From NCBI GenBank assembly GCA_017521245.1, contig JAFXDI010000051.1, positions 24,162 through 88,161 of the forward strand: 64,000 bases of DNA, written 5' to 3'. Of this stretch, positions 1-8,884 are shown in pieces. Below the pieces are notes generated by a model that saw nothing but the letters and a program-made list of their open reading frames with translations, was not told the origin of the DNA and made no database searches. The translations under genes were made by a program, and so were the position numbers. This stretch comes from Bacteroidales bacterium (GTDB lineage: Bacteria; Bacteroidota; Bacteroidia; Bacteroidales; G3-4614). How positions within the stretch are numbered: position 1 is the first letter of the stretch; every line of letters starts with the position of its first letter.

Positions 1-1
1 C

Positions 2-1960
2 TACTTTGCTATTAATGAGTGTGTTGATTTGGCTCTAACCGGAGAGATATACACAAAAGGCTCGTGGGGTATTCAAGGGCAATCGATATACACAAAACGT
101 TATAAATTCTCGGGATATATCAACGCAAGTTACCTTACTACCGTTTTGGGCGACAAAGGTATGCCCGACTACTCAAAACAGACAAACTTCCGCTTCATCT
201 GGCAACACCGACAAGACCGCAAAGCAAACCCCAATATGAGTTTCTCGGCAAAGGTTAATTTCACCACAAGCGGTTACGACAGAAATAGTTTAAATACATA
301 CTACAACTCTTCGGAGTTTACTCAAAACACCAAGAGTTCAACTGTAAACTTTACATACTCTTTCCCCAATGCCCCTGTATCAATATCGGCAACAACAAAT
401 ATTACTCAACGCAGCAAAGACTCTACAATAGTTCTTTCTCTGCCCGACTTCACAATCAATGTGAGCCGAATATTCCCCTTCAAGAGGAAAAAACCTGTTG
501 GTAAAGAGAAGTGGTACGAGAAGATAAGTTTTAGCTACTCGGGAATGTTCCGCAACAACATTACCACAAAACAGGATAAGTTGTTTAAATCGAACTTCCT
601 AAAAGATTGGCGTCAGGGTATGCAACATACCGTTCCCATTTCTGCAACATTCTCACTGTTTAAGTACCTGAACATAACCCCTTCGTTTACCTTCACCGAC
701 AGGATGTACACAAACCGCATAATGAAACAGTGGGACCCTCACGCATCGGCCGTTGTAAACGATACTATATATGGTTTTTACAACGTATATAATTATAGCG
801 GAAGTGTATCGATGCAGACCAAACTATACGGATTCTTTCAACCCGCAAAATGGTTTGGTGGCAAAAAGATCAAGATGATACGCCACGTCTTGACACCGAG
901 CGTAAGCATAACCGGAGCCCCCGATTTTAGCCACGAGCGTTTTGGATTCTGGCAACGATATACCCAAATCAACAAAGACGGAACAGTCAGAGAGATTAAA
1001 TACTCTCCGTTTGCCCATAACATTTTTGGTACTGCCCCGCAAGGACGGCAAGGAACAATCAACTTTAGTTTAGCAAACAACATTGAGATGAAGGTTAACT
1101 CCAAACGAGACTCTACGGGAGTCAAAAAGATAAGCCTAATTGAGAATTTAGGCGTAAACTGGGGTTATAATATGGCTGCCGATTCAATGAATTGGAGCAA
1201 CATCAATATGAATGTCCTTATAAAACTATACAAGAACTTTAACCTGCAAACAAACTTCACGTTTGATACCTACACATACCAACTGAACGAGTATGGCAAT
1301 CCTGTAAGGGTTAACATCCCTCGCTGGAAAGCAGGTAAAGGTTTAGGCAGATTGTCAAGTACCGGAACATCGTTCTCTTATACCTTCAACAATGACACAT
1401 TTAAGAAGTGGTTTGGCAAGAAAGATGACGATGGCGATAGCTCTTCAAGTGCAATAGTCAGCGACACAGGAGAGCCTATAACAGACATCGAAGAGTTGGC
1501 TCGGATTCAAGAGCAGAGAGCAGAAGAACAGAAAAACAGAGAAGAATCAGGAGAGGGAAATAAGGAAGATAACAAAATGAAAAACGGCTATCAGAAGTGG
1601 GAAATCCCTTGGAGTCTCTCTATCAACTACTCAATCAGTTACGGATATGGAGAGTTCAACAGAGAGAGAATGGAGTATAACGGAAAGATTACCCAAAACT
1701 TAAGTTTCTCGGGTAACATACAGCCAACAAAAAACTGGACTTTCACATTCTCGGCAAGTTACGATTTTGATATGAAAAAACTTGCCTACATGAGTTGCGG
1801 TATTACTCGCGATATGCACTGCTGGAGTATGAGTTGCAACTTTGTCCCCGTTGGGCCATATAAATCGTACGACTTCAGGATTAGCGTTAAATCATCAATG
1901 TTGCAAGACCTTAAATACGAAAAGAGCAGCAGCCCATACGATAACGAAAATTGGTACTAA
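2..1960 (+). CDS. C-terminal ~650 aa of a large outer-membrane beta-barrel protein (LptD/OstA-like LPS-assembly family); 5' end lies outside the window
   Basis: The frame is open from the window edge, with no stop before the track start at 29. The sequence is rich in Asn, Ser, Thr, Tyr and Phe in an alternating, beta-strand-like pattern and ends in an aromatic residue (..NENWY). The family call is from recollection of Bacteroidales LptD-like proteins and was not computed. Confidence 0.5.
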   Translation, partial: YFAINECVDLALTGEIYTKGSWGIQGQSIYTKRYKFSGYINASYLTTVLGDKGMPDYSKQTNFRFIWQHRQDRKANPNMSFSAKVNFTTSGYDRNSLNTYYNSSEFTQNTKSSTVNFTYSFPNAPVSISATTNITQRSKDSTIVLSLPDFTINVSRIFPFKRKKPVGKEKWYEKISFSYSGMFRNNITTKQDKLFKSNFLKDWRQGMQHTVPISATFSLFKYLNITPSFTFTDRMYTNRIMKQWDPHASAVVNDTIYGFYNVYNYSGSVSMQTKLYGFFQPAKWFGGKKIKMIRHVLTPSVSITGAPDFSHERFGFWQRYTQINKDGTVREIKYSPFAHNIFGTAPQGRQGTINFSLANNIEMKVNSKRDSTGVKKISLIENLGVNWGYNMAADSMNWSNINMNVLIKLYKNFNLQTNFTFDTYTYQLNEYGNPVRVNIPRWKAGKGLGRLSSTGTSFSYTFNNDTFKKWFGKKDDDGDSSSSAIVSDTGEPITDIEELARIQEQRAEEQKNREESGEGNKEDNKMKNGYQKWEIPWSLSINYSISYGYGEFNRERMEYNGKITQNLSFSGNIQPTKNWTFTFSASYDFDMKKLAYMSCGITRDMHCWSMSCNFVPVGPYKSYDFRISVKSSMLQDLKYEKSSSPYDNENWY

Positions 1961-1972
1961 GCTTAGTTAATA

Positions 1973-2073
1973 GTTGTTAGTTAACGAACATACGTTCGTT
2001 GAATCTGCTCACGCTCGGCAAAGTTTAAGTAAACTTATTTTGCCCTCGCTTAACCGCAGATTTGTTAGTTGAG
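1973..2073 (+). repeat. Structured intergenic repeat, family A, copy 1 (~100 nt, nested hairpins, immediately 3' of a stop codon)
   Basis: It aligns by eye with 49447-49550 and with the reverse complement of 29593-29717. The shared frame is gttgttagttaac..gttgaa..tgctcacgc..cgct.a....ca...tttgttagtt. Hairpin stems differ between copies by compensatory changes. Confidence 0.7.
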
Positions 2074-2076
2074 AAA

Positions 2077-2130
2077 CCTATTGGACCAATTGGACTAATT
2101 AGACTAATTGGAGCAATTAGCCTAATCAAG
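2077..2130. repeat. Degenerate 9-bp tandem array (6 units, consensus CYAATTRGA, core palindrome CTAATTAG)
   Basis: The units read directly as cctattgga ccaattgga ctaattaga ctaattgga gcaattagc ctaatcaag. A related array lies at 41326-41388. Confidence 0.7.
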
Positions 2131-2219
2131 ACATCCTCCGCCCTTGTAATAGAGTAATTATTAGCGATTTTCATTACTAAAAAGAGCGGAAAAACCTTTG
2201 AGAATAGAGCAAATTTTAC

Positions 2220-2227
2220 TATCTTTG
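2220..2227 (+). promoter_or_regulatory. Candidate Bacteroides-type -7 promoter box (TAnnTTTG) for rpsA
   Basis: tatctttg matches TAnnTTTG and sits about 59 nt upstream of the rpsA ATG. Confidence 0.45.
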
Positions 2228-2285
2228 CATCGATTTTTTGACAACATAAAGTCTAACCCATTAATTATTAAACAATTAAATTAAA

Positions 2286-4064
2286 ATGGAAAAAGAATTA
2301 TTACAACCCATTGAAGATTTCAACTGGGAAGCCTATGAGAAAGGCGAGACATTTGGCGAGAAAAGCCGTGAGGAGTTGGAGCAAGCGTATGACCAAAGCA
2401 TCAACACCGTAAAAGACAAAGATGTAACAGAAGGTACTGTTATCTCTATCAACAAAAGAGAAGTAGTTGTAAACATCGGCTACAAATCAGATGGTATTAT
2501 CTCTGCAAACGAGTTCCGTTACAACCCAGAACTTAAAGTGGGTGACAAAGTAGAGGTTTTTGTAGAGAACCAAGAAGACAAAAAAGGACAACTTTTACTT
2601 TCACACAAAAAGGCTCGTGCAGCACGCTCTTGGGATCGTGTTAATGAGGCTCTTGAAAGCAATGAGATAGTAAAAGGTTATATCAAATGCCGTACTAAAG
2701 GCGGTATGATTGTTGATGTATTCGGAATTGAGGCATTCCTTCCCGGATCACAAATCGACATCAGACCTATCCGCGACTACGATATGTTCGTAGGAAAAAC
2801 TATGGAGTTCAAAGTTGTTAAAATCAACCAAGAGTTCCGCAACGTTGTTGTTTCACACAAAGCACTTATTGAGGCTGAACTTGAGCAACAAAAGAAAGAT
2901 ATCATCTCTAAACTTGAAAAAGGTCAAGTACTTGAGGGTATCGTTAAAAACATCACTTCTTACGGAGTATTTATCGACCTTGGTGGTGTTGACGGTCTTA
3001 TCCACATCACAGACCTTTCTTGGGGACGCGTATCAGATCCTAACGAGATTGTTAAAAACGACGAGAAAATCAACGTTGTTATCCTTGACTTTGACGATGA
3101 CAAAAAACGTATCGCTCTTGGTCTTAAACAACTTACTCCTCATCCTTGGGATGCTCTTGATGCAGACCTTAAAGTGGGTGACAAAGTATCAGGAAAAGTT
3201 GTTGTTATGGCAGACTATGGTGCATTCATCGAAATCGCTCCGGGCGTTGAAGGTCTAATCCACGTATCTGAAATGTCATGGTCACAACACCTACGCAGTG
3301 CACAAGACTTTATGAAAGTTGGTGACAACGTAGAGGCTGTTATCCTTACATTAAGCCGCGAAGAGCGTAAAATGTCTTTGGGTATCAAACAACTTAAAGC
3401 AGATCCATGGGAAAACGTTGATACAAAATATGCAGTTGGAACTAAACACACAGCAAAAGTTCGCAACTTCACAAACTTTGGAGTATTCGTAGAGATTGAA
3501 GAGGGAATTGATGGATTAATCCACATCTCTGACCTTTCATGGACTAAGAAAATCAAACACCCATCTGAGTTCACTCAAATTGGTTCAGAGATAGAGGTTC
3601 AAGTTCTTGAGATAGACAAAGAGAACCGCCGTCTAAGCCTTGGACACAAACAACTTGAGGAGAATCCTTGGGACGTATTTGAGACAGTATTCACTGTTGA
3701 TTCAATACACGAAGGAACAATCACTGAGCTTCTTGACAAAGGTGCAGTAATCGCTCTTCAATATGGTGTTGAAGGATTTGCAACTCCAAAACACTTAGTA
3801 AAAGAGGACGGAACTCAAGCACAAGTTAACGAGAAACTTAACTTCAAAGTTATAGAGTTCAACAAAGAGGCTAAACGTATCATCCTTTCACACAGCAGAA
3901 TCTTTGAAGATGAGGCTAAGAAAGAGGCAGCAGCAGCTAAAAAAGCAGCTAAAAAAGCAGCAGAAGAGACAGCAGCAGCAATGCCAACAGTTGAGAAATC
4001 AACACTTGGAGACATCGAGGAGCTTGCAGCATTGAAAGAGAAACTTGATGCTTCTAAAAAATAA
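2286..4064 (+). CDS. rpsA: 30S ribosomal protein S1
   Basis: The 592-aa ORF has six tandem S1/OB-fold repeats (recurring G.V..G.V......G.F[IV][DE][IL].....GL[IV]H[IV]S[ED]) and a Lys/Ala/Glu-rich tail. The length is typical of Bacteroidota S1. Confidence 0.95.
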   Translation: MEKELLQPIEDFNWEAYEKGETFGEKSREELEQAYDQSINTVKDKDVTEGTVISINKREVVVNIGYKSDGIISANEFRYNPELKVGDKVEVFVENQEDKKGQLLLSHKKARAARSWDRVNEALESNEIVKGYIKCRTKGGMIVDVFGIEAFLPGSQIDIRPIRDYDMFVGKTMEFKVVKINQEFRNVVVSHKALIEAELEQQKKDIISKLEKGQVLEGIVKNITSYGVFIDLGGVDGLIHITDLSWGRVSDPNEIVKNDEKINVVILDFDDDKKRIALGLKQLTPHPWDALDADLKVGDKVSGKVVVMADYGAFIEIAPGVEGLIHVSEMSWSQHLRSAQDFMKVGDNVEAVILTLSREERKMSLGIKQLKADPWENVDTKYAVGTKHTAKVRNFTNFGVFVEIEEGIDGLIHISDLSWTKKIKHPSEFTQIGSEIEVQVLEIDKENRRLSLGHKQLEENPWDVFETVFTVDSIHEGTITELLDKGAVIALQYGVEGFATPKHLVKEDGTQAQVNEKLNFKVIEFNKEAKRIILSHSRIFEDEAKKEAAAAKKAAKKAAEETAAAMPTVEKSTLGDIEELAALKEKLDASKK

Positions 4065-4094
4065 TTGAATAACCAATAATTCAATTTATATAGC

Positions 4095-4128
4095 AAAAGG
4101 ATGCTTCTTACCGAAGCATCCTTTTTTT
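4095..4128 (+). terminator. Rho-independent terminator after rpsA
   Basis: The stem ggatgcttc / gaagcatcc is followed by ttttttt, about 30 nt after the rpsA stop. Confidence 0.8.
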
Positions 4129-4230
4129 ACACCTATAAACACCGTTATGTATAATAATCTACTCTGTTCAATTATCTATTAATCCAGACGAATAATTCGC
4201 AACCTGCTGATTGCAATCTTTTCTCAAATA

Positions 4231-4499
4231 CAGACCGCTAAAGGTTTGTAAGAATTGATAAAATACAAGGCGATTAAATTTAGGGAGAAAGAAGTGTAAA
4301 AAAGATACATAACTGAGCCCTAACAGTGGAAACAACACAGTAGTTTGTTGATTATAGCAAACCGCTAAAGGTTTGCAAGAATTGATAAAATACAAGGCGT
4401 TGAAGTTTAGGGCGAAAGGAGTGTACAAGAGGTACATGACTGAGCCCTAATACTGAAAACAACACAGTAGTTTGTTGATTATGGCAAACCGCTAAAGGT
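4231..4499. repeat. Family B repeat: 127-bp unit in tandem, 2.1 copies (4231-4357, 4358-4484, partial 4485-4499), abutting and overlapping the lrgB stop
   Basis: The units align directly. Each contains the hairpin ttagggc..tgtac..gtaca..gccctaa. The unit boundary caaaccgctaaaggt includes the last lrgB codons and the stop. A solo copy lies at 33846-33962. Confidence 0.85.
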
Positions 4500-5178
4500 A
4501 ATTCATAATACGTAATATAATTGGTGCAAACAACGAAGTCAACACTCCGTTGATTATAAGTCCTAAGGTTGCATATACCCCATGAATGGGGCTAACCTCC
4601 ATTGAGGCGGCTGTTCCTACGGCATGAGAGGCGGTTCCCATTGCCAACCCTTTTGATATATCATCGTTGAGTTTTATTATAGACATTGTTCTGTAACCTA
4701 TTACTGCTCCTAAAATACCTACGCACACAACAACTGCAGCTGTTAGTGACTCTATACCACCAAGAGCCGATGATATTTCAATCGCTATTGGTGTTGTCAC
4801 CGACTTTGGAGCAAGCGATATAATAACCTCGTTGGTTGCTCCCATAAGGTCGGCTATCGCTACAACCGATACTATTCCAACCACACATCCTGCCAATTGA
4901 GAGAGAAAGATGGGGATGAAGTGCTGTTTTATGGAGTCGAGGTGTTTATATAGAGGAACTCCCAATGCCACAATGGCGGGTTTTAACCAGAACTCAATAT
5001 ATTTTCCACCTTCGTTATAGGAGGTGTAACTAATATCGGCAAACTTCAAATAGCATATCATTACCGCAATGGTTATAAGTATTGGGTTTAGCAGTATTAT
5101 ACCTGTCTTTTTACGGATAATGGTTGCCACGTAATATACGGCAAAGGTCAGAGCGAGAAGTACAAACGTGTTATCCAT
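4492..5178 (-). CDS. lrgB: LrgB/CidB-family membrane protein
   Basis: This is a 228-aa polytopic membrane protein with the ..LAMGTASHAVGTA.. region typical of LrgB. Its start overlaps the lrgA stop by 8 nt. Confidence 0.85.
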   Translation of the reverse strand: MDNTFVLLALTFAVYYVATIIRKKTGIILLNPILITIAVMICYLKFADISYTSYNEGGKYIEFWLKPAIVALGVPLYKHLDSIKQHFIPIFLSQLAGCVVGIVSVVAIADLMGATNEVIISLAPKSVTTPIAIEISSALGGIESLTAAVVVCVGILGAVIGYRTMSIIKLNDDISKGLAMGTASHAVGTAASMEVSPIHGVYATLGLIINGVLTSLFAPIILRIMNYL

Positions 5179-5518
5179 TTCGTTTTCTGTTTGAGAGTTG
5201 ATATACCCAACCTGTTACGGCTATTACTATTATGGTACTTACTAATGCCGATACAAATATTGGCCAGAATTGAGCCTCTATAATATCAAAGTAGAGCATT
5301 AGAGCAATTCCTGGTGGGATAAAGAAGAATCCCATATTTGATATTAGGAAGTTTGCCACATCCTTTATCTTTTCGTATTTGACTACCCCTATTTTTAGCA
5401 ATGTACAGAGCAGTATCATCCCTATTATGCTCGAAGGAAATTTAATTCCTGTAAACATAACTATCAACTCGCCAACAGCAAGACAAGCAAATATTATCAA
5501 GCATTGTAATATCATCAC
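5171..5518 (-). CDS. lrgA: LrgA/CidA holin-like membrane protein
   Basis: This 115-aa protein has about four TM helices and sits directly upstream of, and overlapping, lrgB. Confidence 0.8.
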   Translation of the reverse strand: MMILQCLIIFACLAVGELIVMFTGIKFPSSIIGMILLCTLLKIGVVKYEKIKDVANFLISNMGFFFIPPGIALMLYFDIIEAQFWPIFVSALVSTIIVIAVTGWVYQLSNRKRNG

Positions 5519-5676
5519 CTCTTAACCTCCTTCTTAGCCTTTTTTAATGGACAACTTTTTTCGCATCCCTGACATGCAGTAAAATCCTTTTTTGTTATCA
5601 TACAGTAGATGCGGCGAACTAAATAAGCCACCACCACCACTCCTATTGCTGTAACTATTATCTCTTGTGTTCCCAT
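5515..5676 (-). CDS. FeoB-associated Cys-rich small membrane protein (53 aa)
   Basis: The track ORF (to 5766) overlaps feoB. An internal ATG at 5676, 3 nt after the feoB stop, gives one TM helix (IIVTAIGVVVVAYLV) followed by CQGCEKSC. The stop overlaps the lrgA start by 4 nt. Confidence 0.65.
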   Translation of the reverse strand: MGTQEIIVTAIGVVVVAYLVRRIYCMITKKDFTACQGCEKSCPLKKAKKEVKR

Positions 5677-5678
5677 TC

Positions 5679-8021
5679 TTAGATAAACATTAGTGCAATA
5701 CGATATGTTATGAAAGCAAACACCCATGCTACGCCTGTATTGTAGAGTACCGAGATGGTTGCCCACTTCCAGTTACTCTCGTTCTTAATTGCTATAACAG
5801 TTGCTATACAGGGGAAATATAGGAGTATAAACACCAGAAAAGAGAGAGCAGATGCAGTGTTAAATGCTCCGCCCGAAGCAAGTTTTTTTGACAATGCTCC
5901 TTCGCTTAACTCCTCTCCATCCTCCTCGGCATACAACACACCTAACGTACTGACAACAATCTCTTTTGCAGGTAGTCCAGAGAGTACCGCCACTGATGCT
6001 TTCCAATCCATACCGAGAGGCTCCATCACTGGCTCACAAACTTTACCTAACTGCTCCATATATGAGGTTTGAGGCTCGCCGTTACTCTTCTCGCCATGTG
6101 GGAAATAACTTAAAAACCATATCACTATTGAAGCAATAAGAATGAGACCTCCCATCTTTTTGAGATACTGTTTACACTTATCCCACATATGGCTAACGGT
6201 TGTTGCCAACGATGGCACTCTATATGGAGGCAACTCCATTACAAACGGGGTATCATCTTTCTTAAACATAAATCGGCGAAGAAGTTTTGATGTTACAACA
6301 GCCATCAATATTCCGCCTATGTAAAACAGAAATAGCACCAGTCCTGCATTGTTGGGGAAGAATGTTCCTATAAAGAGTATAAATATTGGAAGTCTTGCAC
6401 TGCACGAAATGAAAGGCGAAATCATCATTGTAATAAGGCGTGATGAGTGGCTCTCAATTGTGCGTGTTGCCATAATGGCTGGAACGTTACAACCAAATCC
6501 CATAACAAGAGGGATAAACGATTTACCGTGCAAACCTATCTTGTGCATTATCTTATCCATAATAAAGGCCGCACGTGCCAAATATCCCGAGTCCTCCATA
6601 AACGAGATAAAGAGATATAGAATCATAATGTTAGGCAAGAAGACTATCACACTTCCCACGCCACCTATTATTCCATCGGTAATAAGAGCCTTTAATATAC
6701 CTTCGGGCATAAAGTTACCAACAAAACCACTCAACCACTCAACACCTGCCTCAATCCACTCTTGCGGATATGCTCCAAGACTAAATGTGCAGTAGAACAT
6801 TAAAAACATTAGCAGGAAGAAGATAGGAAATCCCCATAGTTTATGAGTTACAAGAGTATCTATTATTCGGGTAACTAAAACTCCATCGTTTTTACCTGGT
6901 GTAAAACACTCCTTTAAAGCACCCGAAATAAATCCATATTTCTGGTTTGTTAATGCACCCTCAATATCCTCTTTCAAATCTCGCTCAATATGCTTAACCT
7001 CGTGGTCACGAATCTCAATCCACTCTTTATAATTGGGGCAACCACTTAGTTGAGCCTCAACACTTGCATCACGCTCCAATAACTTTAAGGCGTAGTAACG
7101 CGGCGGAAAGTATTTGGGCAATTGCTCACTATTGCGTTTCAACGCCTCTTTAACCTTTGACAGTCCCTCCTCAATAATACTTCCGTTATTAATGTGAATA
7201 TGACGCATTTGAGAGTTGGTATTCTCATACACCTCTATAACGGTATCTAAAAGCCACTCCACTCCTTTCCCGCTTTTTGTAGAGACAGGCACCATTGGCA
7301 CTCCTAACAAATCACCCAGTTGATTATAGTCAAGAACTGCTCCGCTACGTTCAAGTTCATCAAACATATTTAGCGAGACAACTATCTTCTCATCCATATC
7401 AATCAACTCGGTTGTGAGGTAGAGGTTACGTTCAAGATTTGATGCAACAACAGTATTTATTACAACATCGGGCGACTCGTTTTGAAGATGCTCTCTTACA
7501 TACCTCTCTTCGGGCGTATAAGCCGATAGGGCGTATGTACCGGGCAGGTCAGTTATGATGAAGTTGTAACCACGATAACGGCACTCCCCTTTCTTTGCAT
7601 CAACGGTAACACCGCTATAATTACCCACGTGTTCGTGACTGCCCGAGATTGCATTAAAGAGAGATGTTTTACCACTATTGGGATTACCTACAAGAGCAAC
7701 ATTTATCTCTCTGTTTCGTTGAGTAATAACCTCCTCTATACTCTCTTTTGAGTAGGTAGCAGTTGCTTTATCGGCAGGGATAAGGCTCTTTGCCTCCTCT
7801 TCGGTTATAACCTCAATCATAGAGGCTTCGCTACGGCGTAACGAAACCTCGTATCCCATAATCTCATACTTGATAGGATCTTGTAAAGGAGCATTAAGCA
7901 ACACCTTTACTCGCTTGTTGCGAACAAAACCCATCTCCATAATACGGCGGCGGAAACCTCCATGTCCCTTAACCTTCAATATTACGGCAGACTCTCCTGT
8001 ATTTAATTCCGATAAAAACAT
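5679..8021 (-). CDS. feoB: Ferrous iron transporter, FeoA-FeoB fusion
   Basis: The 780-aa protein has an N-terminal FeoA-like domain (~75 aa), a G-domain with GNPNSGKTSLFN and DLPGTY, and a C-terminal polytopic gate region. Confidence 0.95.
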   Translation of the reverse strand: MFLSELNTGESAVILKVKGHGGFRRRIMEMGFVRNKRVKVLLNAPLQDPIKYEIMGYEVSLRRSEASMIEVITEEEAKSLIPADKATATYSKESIEEVITQRNREINVALVGNPNSGKTSLFNAISGSHEHVGNYSGVTVDAKKGECRYRGYNFIITDLPGTYALSAYTPEERYVREHLQNESPDVVINTVVASNLERNLYLTTELIDMDEKIVVSLNMFDELERSGAVLDYNQLGDLLGVPMVPVSTKSGKGVEWLLDTVIEVYENTNSQMRHIHINNGSIIEEGLSKVKEALKRNSEQLPKYFPPRYYALKLLERDASVEAQLSGCPNYKEWIEIRDHEVKHIERDLKEDIEGALTNQKYGFISGALKECFTPGKNDGVLVTRIIDTLVTHKLWGFPIFFLLMFLMFYCTFSLGAYPQEWIEAGVEWLSGFVGNFMPEGILKALITDGIIGGVGSVIVFLPNIMILYLFISFMEDSGYLARAAFIMDKIMHKIGLHGKSFIPLVMGFGCNVPAIMATRTIESHSSRLITMMISPFISCSARLPIFILFIGTFFPNNAGLVLFLFYIGGILMAVVTSKLLRRFMFKKDDTPFVMELPPYRVPSLATTVSHMWDKCKQYLKKMGGLILIASIVIWFLSYFPHGEKSNGEPQTSYMEQLGKVCEPVMEPLGMDWKASVAVLSGLPAKEIVVSTLGVLYAEEDGEELSEGALSKKLASGGAFNTASALSFLVFILLYFPCIATVIAIKNESNWKWATISVLYNTGVAWVFAFITYRIALMFI

Positions 8022-8032
8022 AACTCCTCACA

Positions 8033-8629
8033 TTAAAATAGTGTCAGTTGACAATCAAGCAACTGAAATGATTTGCGATGATGCGGTGTAACGCCAAACT
8101 CTCTGATAGCATTGCGGTGAGCTTTGGTGGGATAACCCTTATTCTCACACCAACCATATTGAGGATACTCCTTAGCGATACCGTTCATATAGTCATCGCG
8201 ATAGGTTTTAGCAAGAATAGAAGCAGCCGCAATAGACAAAAATCTACCATCGCCCTTTACCTCGCACGAGAATGGAGTTTTTCCGTATGGCTTAAACCTG
8301 TTACCATCAACAAGAATATATTCGGGTTGCACCTTAAGTTGCTCCAATGCTCGGTGCATAGCAAGAATAGAGGCATTAAGAATATTAATTTTGTCAATCT
8401 CCTCAGCAGTTACCACTCCCACTGCCCAAGCGACAGCACTCTCCTCAATAATGGGGCGAAGTTCGTAACGCATCTTCTCCGACAGCTTTTTAGAGTCACT
8501 AATCAGTTCGTGTTCAAAGTCTGGGGGCAGAATTACTGCCGCCGCATAAACTGGCCCAGCAAGACATCCACGCCCTGCCTCATCGCATCCAGCCTCAATC
8601 ACGCCACTATTTTTATAACTCAAAAGCAT
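8033..8629 (-). CDS. rnhB: Ribonuclease HII
   Basis: The 198-aa protein carries the N-terminal catalytic motif [14 protein letters not shown]. It lies 11 nt upstream of feoB. Confidence 0.92.
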   Translation of the reverse strand: MLLSYKNSGVIEAGCDEAGRGCLAGPVYAAAVILPPDFEHELISDSKKLSEKMRYELRPIIEESAVAWAVGVVTAEEIDKINILNASILAMHRALEQLKVQPEYILVDGNRFKPYGKTPFSCEVKGDGRFLSIAAASILAKTYRDDYMNGIAKEYPQYGWCENKGYPTKAHRNAIREFGVTPHHRKSFQLLDCQLTLF

Positions 8630-8681
8630 ATAAGAGTAACAACGAACAAGCGAAACTATCTTCGCAATTGTTTATTCTACG

Positions 8682-8689
8682 CAAAAGTA
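8682..8689 (-). promoter_or_regulatory. Candidate -7 box (TAnnTTTG on minus strand) for the rnhB-feoAB-lrgAB cluster
   Basis: The plus strand reads caaaagta, which is tacttttg on the minus strand. It sits 53 nt upstream of the rnhB ATG. Confidence 0.4.
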
Positions 8690-8782
8690 CGAATAAGCGA
8701 GCAAAATAATATCAAGTTTACTTGAATATTTTACAGCGAACAAGCAAAAAAAATACGAAGTTAGTTGAATATTTTACAAAGC
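8689..8782. repeat. Two degenerate ~45-bp direct repeats (8689-8736, 8737-8781), with a third copy of the head motif at 8642
   Basis: The units share cgaaYaagc....aagtt...ttgaatattttaca. The head motif acgaacaagcga also occurs at 8642-8653. Confidence 0.5.
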
Positions 8783-8884
8783 TGATTTCATTTGATTCTA
8801 ATATCTCTTTTTTTATATTCACGTATAAAATATTATCTACATACAATAAGTTATACTATTTTATTCGGCATCTAAAATAGATAG

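Noticed and set aside
2815-3258. This is a 147-aa same-strand alternative-frame ORF inside rpsA.
   Set aside because: It lies wholly within the well-supported S1 reading frame and has a Leu/Ser/Thr/Lys-rich off-frame composition.
4168-4437. This is an 89-aa ORF on the minus strand in the rpsA-lrgB spacer.
   Set aside because: It runs through the family B tandem repeat units and its sequence is itself repeated. I know of no protein family it resembles, so it is most likely a repeat artefact.
4231-4499. I considered whether the tandem repeats could be a CRISPR array.
   Set aside because: The units are 127 bp and directly abutting, with no unique spacers, and no cas genes lie nearby. The periodicity and length are wrong for CRISPR.
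8078-8725. This is a 215-aa plus-strand ORF.
   Set aside because: It is entirely antisense to the well-supported rnhB gene, has low-complexity composition and resembles no family I know. It is a shadow ORF.
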